The notes beneath the pieces are model-generated. The model had not been told where the DNA came from. It did not search any database and was given only the letters and a program-made list of their open reading frames with translations. The position numbers were made by a program, and so were the translations under genes. From the NCBI RefSeq assembly GCF_009914755.1, contig NC_060947.1: 64,000 bases of DNA; one strand, written 5' to 3'. Position 1 is the stretch's first letter; the number at the start of each line of letters is the position of its first letter. Below are positions 53,070 to 64,000 of this stretch, in pieces. The stretch comes from the human T2T-CHM13v2.0 reference genome, Homo sapiens.

Positions 53070-54350
53070 TTCAATTACTGAATTAGCATAATAACTTTAT
53101 TAAATGACCCAAAGGAACCTAAATTGATTGGAGACCTAGAGACAGATGTTCAAGAAGCTATGGCCAAACACCAATTTGAGAAGTATTTAAATAGACTGAG
53201 GAGAACTGAATATTTATGGGGCTTTCTTGTACATATTGTGTCCAAGGTAACCAAATGTGGTAGACAAATTTCTAAGAATTACCCCCCGATGAATGAAAAC
53301 TGTGAATATGATTTTACCGTATGATTATGTTACCTCACATGCCAAAAAGGTGGGTCTAATCTGATCACACAAATATTTCAAAAAAAGAAAGCTTTCTTTA
53401 TATGGTGACAGAAGAGAAAGTCCAAAAAATTTGAAACATGAGAAGGATTTGACGCAGAGGGCTTCTAGGAACAGAGAATTGGCCCCTGGCTGACAGCCGG
53501 CAAGGAAAAGGCAGCTTCAGACTACAATCACAAGGAACTAGATTCCACCAACAGTCCAAGTGAGCTTGGAAACAGATTCTTCTGTTTCCAGAGCCTCTAC
53601 ATAACAGTCCATCTCAGTCAGTAGTGTGATTTCAGCCTTGCCAACAGAGAACCCAGTTGAGCCTGCTTTGACTTTCAAATGTGAGATAATACATGGTTGT
53701 TGCATTAAGCCAGTAAGTGTGTGGTAATTTGTCATACAGTAATAAAAAATAATACACCAAATCACTTCAATTGATGGGGAAAATGTTACTTTACAAGACA
53801 CATCCAGCTAATATTGGAAAGTCACCATATGCAATCCCTAATGAGACTATTAATTATGCAAGGGTTTTCAACTGCTATTAAAACCATTAAGTGAATGGGT
53901 ATTAGATTAGACATTTGTGTGGTGTCAGGTAAAAACATACAGATAATTTTCTGGTCACAAATGGAGAAACAATGGAGGAACCAGGCTTTTAATCACATAG
54001 CCAATCTCAGGATGACTAATAGAGAAACAGTGAGGTGTCATGTCTCCCTATGTAACATAATATAAAATAAATAGCATCACCTATATTCTCACATTGCTAA
54101 AAGTTTTCAATTTGATTTTCATTAGAAAGGATAGAGCAGCAAATTAAACCACAAGAAAATAGCAAAACAAATTTAGAAATTGGGTCATTCAACAGAACAA
54201 ATGACATGTACTTTCCAGCCAGTCAAAATTTTCTCACAAAAGCAACTGCTAAAAATGAAATAAACAAACAAAACAAAACTTAAAGTTATACAACTTGTGA
54301 TCTTAAATTAGATATTAGTCCACACTGATCTATTACCAAAAAAAAGTGTT
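53070..54350 (+). mobile_element. L1MC-type 3'UTR (host of MLT1E)
   Basis: caaggtaaccaaa|...ttgatggggaaaatg; gtcaccatatgcaatccctaatg. Confidence 0.55.
53256..53756 (+). mobile_element. MLT1E-type solo LTR
   Basis: tgtggtagacaaatttctaaga...aataataca; perfect TSD CCAAA. Confidence 0.85.
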
Positions 54351-54471
54351 TGTGATAACTAAGGTAGAATATTATTTTAATCCTCACTTTACAAGTTCTA
54401 AGAACCCAACTACCTGATATCTTTGGAGCAGTGCATGAAGGCTAGATGCTGTTAGTTTTGTGACTCTCCAC

Positions 54472-55548
54472 ATCGTGCAGGTCCAGCCCCAGGCCAAAAT
54501 CCAATGGGTGATCCCTTAGGCCCACCCATAGGTAATAACAAGGCTTTTTTGGCAGGACTCATGGGAAAAAGCTGTCTTCCCCACAGCAGACAAGGCACAC
54601 AGTCTGGAAGGAGTTATAGGCCTCCAAGCTGACCACACTGTTAAGCATATCTGCAATCCTGGCCCAGACACCGTCATTAGGAGGCCTTCTTATCAATGAG
54701 TCCTTGGCTGAGATTTTTGCTGAGACCACCTTATCAGGGACATTTGAAATCATTTTTTTCCACTCTGACTCAGTCTTCAGTACTTTTCTACCGCTAGCCT
54801 TTTTCCTCCTACCTCCCCTCAGGCAACTGGGTTCATAAAATGGCAGGAGCCTTTTGCTAACGGCTCCCTTGGCAGTGAGATGTTTCCTCTTCTGTGCGCT
54901 AATACATCTGACCTTCACTCAGTTCTATTCCATGAAAATAAAATAAAATAAAATGCCAAGAAACTGGCATGTTGGAGATGGAATTTGTCCTTCTGAAACT
55001 CATGTGTTGAAGTCCTGACCCCTGGTACCTGAGAATGTGACCTTACTTGTAGCTATTGTTTTTAACAGGTAATCAAATGAAAATGAGATCATTAGGGTGT
55101 GCCCTCGTCCAACATGACTGATGCCTTTATTAAAAAATGAAACTTATATACACAAAGAGGGAGAATGCCGTGTGAAGATAAAAGCAGAAATCAGGATGAT
55201 ATGCTTACAAGTCAGAGAAAGCCTAAGATTGCTGGAAAACCATGAAAAGAAAAGAGAGGCATAGAAGACGCCCTCATCCCGCTACCCTCAGAAGGAATCC
55301 ACTCTGTCAACACCTTGATCTTGAACTTCTGGCCTAAAAATCTTTCAGACAAAAAATTTCCCTTGTTCAGGCCACCCAGGTTGTGGTACTGCATTACAGC
55401 CTCCTTAGGAAACTTACACACATCTTCCTGGGCTCCTGTTTATGCTACCACAGAAGGTGAATCAAGGCTTGTTATTTTCACTTTGGCTTGTTTTAATTGA
55501 CCACCTTGATACCCGGCAGCTCAGCTCTCTCCAGCTCAGCCCTTGACA
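54472..55548 (+). mobile_element. ERVL LTR (MER54/73/74/88 group), split by MLT1C
   Basis: Homologous to the LTR at 59033-60417 (aggccaaaatc...tggcagg(a/c)ctcatg; tgac(c/t)accttga(t/c)acc(c/a)ggcag); ends ttgaca. Confidence 0.7.
54970..55420 (+). mobile_element. MLT1C solo LTR
   Basis: catgtgttgaagtcctgacccctggtacctgagaatgtgacctt...ggaaacttacaca. Confidence 0.85.
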
Positions 55549-57274
55549 ATCTATTGCCTGCCTGACTATAGGGTCCTATTATTGCAATATCTTCGCATCC
55601 ACCAGTAAATGATATCCACAGTACAAAGAGCAAGCAGAGTGTCTAAAGTCAGAGAACAGGCTTTCTCTGAGCTACGTAACATAGCTTATGTAGTTTTATT
55701 TTGGCCTGCCAGTTTATGAAAGTTTGTACGCTTGTCAGAATTTTGTCAAACACTTCTTTTCATAACATATCACTTGCTAAGGAGGCTGTGACAGGACGGG
55801 GTGGGGGATATAGTGAGGGAAATGTATAACTCACACTCTCTGATTATCAGGGTCTACCTGAATATTTACTGAAAGAAACTATCAGTTGCTTAATTGTCAA
55901 GTCAGCTTAAGTCACTTGATAAACTTGCATTTAAACATTTTTACTTGTAGGATTTATTTCTCTGAAAATATCTTGCCTTCAAAATTAATGGTCCTTGAGT
56001 TTTAATTGGAATAACTTGTTATTTCTTTAGAACTATGTCTCTGAAACCTCTTTCCTCCTTGCGTGTGATCTCCCAGAGGGTAACACTCCCATCTCTGATA
56101 AACACTATATTTATAAGACTGCTGTATCAGACTTTACCAACACAATCTTGTTCTTTTTCTGGGATTTACCTACAAACAAGGAACCCCAACAATGCTTCAC
56201 TAACACTTGCATAGGAGGAATCAAAAGACCTAGATTTTCATTCTTGCTTTACCGCTGAACTACACTGTGGCCTTGTGCAATCTAATTAAACATTCCTCAT
56301 GTTAAAGATAAATTACACTGAATTTTTGTTAGCTGATTTTTCTTTTCAAATTGTGTTATTGGCTATAAGGCTACTTAGAACTCAGGGAAGTAAATAGGAC
56401 TGGTACAATGTTTTGATTTTATAGATGAGGCCACTAAGACACAGGTTAGAAAACCTGCCTCAAACCACAAAACTATGGTAGATCTAGGATCCAAACCCAG
56501 TCCTTGAGTGTATGAAAATATACTCTCAGGTTTCTCCCAGCACCATAATTCTATGATTCAGTACATGAGCGTTTATTAAACCAAAAATCCTTAGGTCACA
56601 ATAATCTTCCATGCTTCGATCTCTCGTGAAATTGGAGTAAAAAATATATAAGGACGAGTCATGTGTAATAGCCAACAGTAAGAATAAAATGTATATAAGA
56701 CGTATCACTTTTTCTAATGGGGTAATATTTTGTATTTATACACACTGGGATATGAAATGTCAGAAAAAAGACAGTAATTAAAAATAAACAAATAGAAATA
56801 ATCTCTACTTTTGTTTTCCCCCTTTTAAAAGTGACTTCAAATCAAGTACGAATACAGCAAATATGATTATAATATTACTGTATACCAAAACAAATGTCCA
56901 AACTTCCACTGATATTACACTAATATCAAGCAATTTTAAATACAAGCTCACAGCACACACAGGAGAACTGACAAGCTCTTAAGTTATTTCCAACAAAATT
57001 TGACCAATAGACAGATATATTTCCCAGCATGCCAAAAATCAAAGCAATATAGCATGATGATTAAATTCTAGTCACTACTAGGAGCACTTAATATTAATGA
57101 TAAAACAACTCCTATTAAATCATGTAGCTATCTGCTATAAAAGTTAGCCTGTAAATTTTAGATAATCATTTGTAGCCAAGTCTAAGTGGTAAATCACATT
57201 ATAACACCCAATTCCTATGTATACCACCTGAAAGTTTCAGAAAGAGCATGAATACAACTAAATTGCTGTGCTGG

Positions 57275-59010
57275 TTTTTTTTTTTTGTTTTTTTTTTTTT
57301 TGCCTTTTATTAAGCCCGAACTTTCAGTGTGATATCTAAAAAATTATTGTGAAGGTTAATATTAAGAAATTTTTCCCCTATGTTTTCTTCTAAGAGTTTT
57401 GCAGTTTTAGATTTTTACATTTAGGTTGTTAATACATTTTGAGTTGATTTTTGTGTGTGATGTAAGATAAGAATTTATTGTCATTCTTCGGCATGTAGAT
57501 AGACAATTTTCCCAACAAGATTTATCGAAGAGACTATCTTTTTTCCATTGTGTCATCTTGGTGGGCTTGTCAAAGATTAGTTGACAGTATATGCTGGGGT
57601 TTATTTCTGGGCTCTGTTTTCTCTTTCACTGGTCTATGTTCCTATTTTTATGCCAGTATTATACTATTTTGATTACTATAGCTTTGTAATATAACTTGAA
57701 ATCAGGAAATGTAATGCTTCCAACTTTGTTTTTCTTTCTTAATATTGTTTTGGCTATTTGGTGTCTTTTGTGTTTCCATATGAATGTTACATTTTGTTTT
57801 CTATTTCTGTGAAAAATGTCATTGCAATTTTGGTAGGGATTGCTTTGAATTTGTACTTCTCTGGGTAAGTGGAACTACATCAGACTTAAAGTTTTCTGCA
57901 CATAAAATAAAACAAACAACAAAACAAGAAAAGCAGACTACTATTGGAAGAAAATACTTGCAAGCCATATGTTTGATATAAGGTTAATACCTAAAATATA
58001 TAAGGAACTCATACAACTGAATAGCAAAAAAGCAAATACCCCAATTAAAAATGGGCAAAGGACCTAAGTAGACATTTTTCCAAAGAAGTCATAGAAATGA
58101 CCAACAGGTTTATGAAAAAGTGCTCAGCATCACTGATCATCAGGGAAATGCAAATTAAAACCACAATGAGATTTCACCCCACACTTGTTAGAATGACTAC
58201 TATAAAAAGGACAAAAGATAATAATTGTTGACAAAAATATGGAGAAAGGGGAATACTTGTACAGTGTTAGTGGAAATTTAAATTGGTACAACTATATGGA
58301 AAAGAGTAAGAGAATCCCACAAAAAATAAAAATAGAACTACTATATGACCGATCAGTCTGTTTTCTGGGCATACACTCAAAAGAAATGAAATCAGCACCT
58401 TATAGAGATATCCACATTCTCATGTTCACTTCAGCATGATTCATGGTAGCAAAGATACAAAAACAACCTGTCAGTTGACAGATGAATGGATAAAGAAATT
58501 GTGGTATACGATGGAATATTATTCACACCTAAAAAAGAAGATCCTGCCATTTGTGACAGCATGAACAAATCTCAAGGACATTATGCTAAGTGAAACAAAT
58601 CAGACACAGAAAGGCAGATAGCACATGATCACACTTATATACAGAATATTTCTTTAAAAAGTTAAATAAACAGAAACAGAGAGTAGAATGTGATTACCAG
58701 GGTCAAGGAGGAAGAACAGATTGAGATAATTAGGTAAAAGGCTAAAAATTTGCCATTAGGTAGGACAAATAAGTCAAGGGATGTAATGTGTAGCATGAGG
58801 ACTATTGTTAATAATATTTTATTGTGTACTGAAAATTTGCTAAGAGATTAGATTTTAGATACTCTTGCCACACAAAAAAAGGTAATTATGGTAATTACAG
58901 ATATATTAATTTGTTTGACTGTAGTAATCATTTCACTGTGTATATCTATATCAAAACATCACGTTGTACACCTCACACATGTAGAATAAAAATAAATTTT
59001 TGAAAAAATA
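57275..59010. mobile_element. L1MA(7/8-like) with 5' inversion (minus 57275-57860, plus 57863-59010)
   Basis: Antisense ORF2 segment whose left end abuts, in L1 coordinates, the start of the sense segment (aagtggaactacatc). Confidence 0.85.
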
Positions 59011-59179
59011 ATAAATTATTTCTATTTGTCAGTGTTGAGGAGTCTAGCTCTAGGCCAAAATCTTCACGTGATCTTTCTAGCCCAATCACAAGCAATTACA
59101 AGCCTTTACCTGGCAGGCCTCATGAGGTAAAGCTATCCTCCCCACACCAGACTTGGGGCACGGTCATTACATTGCAAAG

Positions 59180-59535
59180 ACTATAGTCTGAATGTTTCTG
59201 TCCCCCTAAAACTCATATGTTGAAACTCTAACCCCTAAGTGATAGTTTTTAGAGGTGGGACTTTTGAGAGGTGGTTAGGTCATGCAGGTGGAGCCCTAAT
59301 TATTGGGATTATCACCCTTATAAAAAGAGGCCCTAGAGTGATCCCTCATCCCTCCCACAATGTGAGGACAAAGCAAAATGGTACCACTATGAATCACAAA
59401 TTGTGGCATCACTAGACATTATCTACCTTCATCTTGGAGTTTCCAGCCTCCAGAATTGTGACAAATACATTTCTATTTCTTATAAGCCACTCAGTCTATG
59501 GTACTTTGTTGTAGTAGCCACAACAGAATAAAACA
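59180..59535 (+). mobile_element. MLT1A0 solo LTR
   Basis: ctatagtctgaatgtttctgtccccctaaaactcatatgttgaaa...ataagccactcagtctatggta. Confidence 0.88.
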
Positions 59536-59722
59536 GCAACTTCCTGGAGGGAATTGCAGTCAGGAACTCAGCCCCTCACTGGTACAGCCATCCTCATACA
59601 CATATCTGCATTTTCAGCCCCGGAGCTTTCATTCAGATGTCCCCTTATCAGGTGCTTCAGCTAAGGCACTCCCCAGGTGCCTCCAATGAGACATCTTTGT
59701 TGAGGAGCCTTGACTGAGGCAC

Positions 59723-60081
59723 TGTATTAGTCCATTCTCACACTGCTATGAAGAAATACCTGAGACTGGGTAATTTATAAAGGAAAGAGGTTTAATTGAC
59801 TCACAGTTCCGCATGGCTGGTGAGGCCTAAGGAAACTTACAATCATGGCAGAAGGCACCACTTAACAGGGTGGCAGGAGAGAACAAATGCGTGCCTGCAG
59901 GGGAAATACCAGATGTTTATAAAACCATCAGATCTCGTGAGAACTCACTCACAATCATGAGAACAGCATGGGAGAAACCTCCCCCATAATCCAATTACCT
60001 CCACCTGGTCCCGCCCTTGACATCTGGGGATGATTACAATTCAAGGTGAGATTTGGGTGGAGACAGAGCCCAACTATATCA
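59723..60081 (-). mobile_element. THE1C/D solo LTR
   Basis: tgtattagtccattctcacactgc...tatatca; perfect TSD GGCAC. Confidence 0.93.
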
Positions 60082-60870
60082 GGCACTTTGTCCCCATTCT
60101 GGATCAGTACTCTCCCATTCCTACCCTACCCCCTCTCGTTGCCCCCAGCAACCTTCAGAAAGAAAAAAAAAAAAAAAAGCTCTGTGTTCAGGGCTCCTGA
60201 GGAATGAGTGATTACCCCTTCTTGCACTGCATGTCATCTAATTCTCATCCAGTGCCATTCTGTGGGTGAAAATGAAATACTGGGGAGCTGACACCTATTT
60301 CTTTTGTCTTTTTCCTGTACTGTCCTAATACATGAATAAAGGATTGATTTTGCTATTTTCAGTTTTGCTTCTTGTCCTAGATTACCACTGACTACCTTGA
60401 CACCAGGCAGGTTGACAAATAGGTACAGCACATGTGGTCAATTGAGCACAATGCTGTTCTGAAATACAAAAATGTCTGAGGGTTCCATGAGGCAATCTTG
60501 GTAAGTGCTAAAGAAATATCTCCAAGAGCTGGAGGCACTTCACCAGTGGGTCTCGAGGAGTTTGATGGATCGTTTACAGAAACTTTTTAGTTCTGAGGGG
60601 GAACACTGGTCCTTCTTTTTTGCTTCTGACTACCTGGACGAGCTCACCCAGTGCATGGGGTCAAATCAGCAATATAAAAAAGGGTCCCTAAAGAACTAGG
60701 GAAGTAGTTTCTTAGCAACTGCTCATCGTCCTCTGGCAATAGGACCAGAGACTGCCAGAGGCCACTTGAGCTGAGCTGCACCAAATAAGTATTTTGTGCT
60801 CTAAGTAGGTCCCTGGTGCTAATAAACACCTTCTGTCACAACAAACTGTTGAGATTCAGTGAAAAAAAAA

Positions 60871-60903
<33 letters not shown>

Positions 60904-62173
60904 TATACATATATCTCCCTCAAGGCTCACTTCTCCCAGTGGCTTTTCAGAGATATTAGAGAGTTGGTTAGTTCACCTCCATGATAAAGGAGATATAATT
61001 ATTAAACTTATTAAGGGAGTTATGCCATGTGGTGCACGTTACTGCACAGCTTTTCCTTCAGGTGTCTTGGCAGTAGCCACTGCCAATTTAGTAGAGCATG
61101 AGCATCAGTAGAAGTGGTGCCACCTGCATGTTGTTTGGTGGCCAGAGGAGCCCATGCTACACTGACTCTGGCTTTGGGATATGGTAGCAATGCAGCTCCT
61201 GGTGCCTCCTCCCTCAAAGATTGACCAGCAGAAAGAGAGAGAGAGGACTGGGATTCCTACCTCAACACCACTGCTGTGCAGTGCCCGGTGGGGCAGGGTG
61301 TCCATGTTGCCTGCCCATGGCTTTCCAGGCACTACTTGCCCCATAGAAGTCTGAAATGTGCCCTAACCACCCTACCTTGAACCCCCACTTGGGGTCCCAG
61401 CCCAGAAACAGCTGCCTATCCTGGACATGTGTCTTCCTCGGCTCTCCACTCTCCTATCCCAGAAGAAAACTGATTGCTTGATATTGGACCATGGCAGGGG
61501 GCCTTAAGGGTACCTCCATTAGGGTCCCGACAATGACAGCCTCTGTGACTGATACAAGTGCTATCACCTTGACCCCTCCACTAAGTCTGAAGATAAAGAG
61601 ATTTGCCAACCTTTACCCAGATCACTCAATAGGGTGAGACTTCTCTGTCTCTGGGGAGAGGATGGGACAAATGCCCTATATCGAAATCAGGATAATGGGG
61701 AGGGAGGGTAAAATTGCACCTCTTGAGTCTTTTGGATACCTATGCACAGGTAACTATGATTCCTGCAACCCCTGGCATAACAATAAAGTGGAAACAACTG
61801 ATGCTGATTTAGGATCTAAGGCTACCACTACTGGGATCCTTGACAATGCCCAGGTGGGAGAGTGTCTTCTGGCCCCATAAACCTCCATTGTTATGGCCCC
61901 AGCTATTAAGAGCATTGTTGGTATAGATAAATTGTGTATGTGCAATTCCATTACCATTTGCCCCAATACCTTGATTCAATTTCCAGCAGTAAGGTCCATC
62001 TGGTGGGCCATGTATAGGACCATGAACCCTCTCAATTACGAATGCCTAGTACTGTTATGTCCCCCAAACTGGCTGCCTAAGGGAGAAAAAACTTAACCAC
62101 CCTCATTGTTAAGCTTAAGGAAGTCAAAGTTCTCTGTGAGACTACTTCTCTTTTCAATAGTCTTATATGGCCT

Positions 62174-62435
62174 TCTCTAGAGAAATGTCTATTCATATCC
62201 TTTCCCCACTTTGTAATGGGATGATTTGTCCTTTGTCCATTTTTTAATTGGGCTGTTTTTGTTGTTGTTGTTGAGTTTTAGGAGTTATTTATACATTCTT
62301 CATATTATCTTCTTATCAGATACATGGTTTGCAAATATTTTCTCTTGCTCCATAGGCTGCCTTTTTATTCTATTCATTGTTGTGTTTGGCACACTCATCT
62401 CTCTATTTTTTGCTTGTATTGACTGTGCTTTTGTT
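62174..62435 (-). mobile_element. L1 ORF2 3' fragment
   Basis: gagaaatgtctattca; NRIKRQPMEQEKIFANHVSDK. Confidence 0.85.
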
Positions 62436-62479
62436 AACGTATCTCCAGACTTTTTTTTTTTTTTTGCATTTGAGAGTTT

Positions 62480-63675
62480 CTGGTACAACAACTCAGACTG
62501 AGATTGAACTCACCTACAGAACCTGCTGCTTCTGCTCAGATAAGAGTGCTTTGTGAGTCCTTCTAACTCCTCTCCTGTTCATCAATTTGGGGATCCTTCA
62601 GTGAGTACAACTCTAGAACCAGTGCTCCAGATGTCTTATGTGTTGAAGCAAAGTAAGAAGTACTTTTATTATTTGCGCAAATAGACTTTTCTTTGGCCCT
62701 TTTGTGATGTGTCTTCTGTTCTTCCTCAGCTCCACTGTTAAGGATTCTGTGAAGAAATCTCCTTGGCTCCTCAGGCAAGGACTGAATAAAGAAATAATCA
62801 AATGGGACTCCTCAGATCCTGTAAGGTCTTTCCTTAGGGTAATTGGCTGCTAAATCTATAGGTAATTCTCACTCTATTGAGTGCTCTCCATCCTCTTTTC
62901 CCAGTGACTATATGCACTGCTAATATAGCAGCAATTTGACTCCATATCTACAAAAATGATATGATTTCATTAAGTGCAGTTTGGAACTACAATGACTTCT
63001 CTAAGGTTTATCTCTGGGGGACCTTGAATCCTGTGCATCCAAAATTCCCTGTAAACAATTACTTGCTTCTTCCTTTTGGTGAGGAAACTGAAAACTAACT
63101 TTCTCAGTTTAAATTTAATCGAGCCATTCAGCAATCTCAGTTTACCTTATCTGAGGCTATTTAGTCTCTCAAAGATTATCTGTTCTTCTCAAATGTCATT
63201 CCTTCACCTACTCCAATGTCAGCATCGCTTTGATTTTCTTCTTTATCCTCTCATTATTCCTCAACTTCTCCAAAACCATTCTGTCACCTTTGCCCCCAAC
63301 TCTAAATTCCACTCACCCCAAACCTAACCTCACTTTGCCAGTCCTCCAGTTCCTTAGAAGTACTCGTGACTTTGGTCTTATGTCTCTGATCATCAGCATA
63401 CAAAGACAGGGAGCTGTAGGACTTTAATTGCCTCCTCCCTTCAATGAGATTTTATTCCCATGGCGTTTTCACCAATTATCGACCGGACAAAGATTCGAGA
63501 ATGCAGACAGCAAGGAGATGAATCTTTTTCTAACTATAAACATCACTTAGGAAACATCTGGAACAATTATTCAGGTTCTAACCCTAGATAAGCAGTATAG
63601 AACCTGCTTTATTTATGAGTTTTGTTAATGGACTCTATGCTAAACTCAGAGAAACTATTTCAAAAACGTCATACT
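62480..63675 (+). mobile_element. Class I (ERV1) leader and decayed gag
   Basis: 63481 translates as DRTKIRECRQQGDESFSNYKHHLGNIWNNYSG (capsid MHR-like), followed by ALFMSFVNGL. Confidence 0.65.
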
Positions 63676-63689
63676 AATGTTAATGTCAA

Positions 63690-64000
63690 CTCTCATCATG
63701 AACATTTGCTCCAAGAACTACTGCGGGAATATACCAGGAGCCAAGAGAATCCACAGACCCTTTGAAGGAAACAGATTGCTCCTGCAGGACCTGGGAGACA
63801 GCCCAAATACTGTGCTGGTATCCACGGCTGAGAGGCTCAAAGATGGTTCACATCACAGGACTCTGTGCAGACACTCCCCAGTACCAGCCCAGAGCCTGGT
63901 AGCCCTGCTGGGTGGCTAGATTCAGAAGAGAAATATCAATCACTACAGTATGGCTCTCGGGAATCCACACCCCTAGGAAAAGGGAGACAGTGTTACATAA
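63690..64000 (+). mobile_element. L1PB-type 5'UTR running off the window
   Basis: gagaatccacagaccctttgaagga...gctcctgcaggacctgggagac...gggtggctaga. Confidence 0.75.

Larger units (their letters stand above)
59033..62173 (+). mobile_element. Class III ERV 5' LTR (59033-60417) plus decayed gag-pro-start of RT
   Basis: LTR with AATAAA and ...TTGACA end; LLDTYAQVTMIP (61729-61764); LKEVKVLCETTSLFNSLIWP (to 62173). Confidence 0.8.

Overview
AT-rich primate genomic DNA. AluY and L1PA2 elements point to human or a great ape. It is almost entirely layered transposable-element fossils: L1, L2, MIR, Alu, many MaLR LTRs, two complete THE1 elements, and hAT/mariner MITEs. I found no protein-coding exon, RNA gene or CRISPR array, and no new biological system that the sequence alone can establish. 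The listed ORFs are chance or repeat-derived. The main signals the ORF track misses are: (1) a decayed class III endogenous retrovirus gag-pro-RT fossil at about 45.4-49.0 kb, ending in a scrambled inverted-duplication zone; (2) a 33-bp copy of a nearby LTR segment sitting inside a microsatellite, with a compensated hairpin; (3) a 3'UTR-only mRNA retrocopy nested in MER20 nested in MIR; (4) two further ERV gag/pro remnants at 59-63.7 kb; (5) three intact DUX4 motifs in THE1 LTRs; (6) several atypical L1 insertions. Subfamily names come from recalled consensus sequences, and boundaries of old repeats are approximate.
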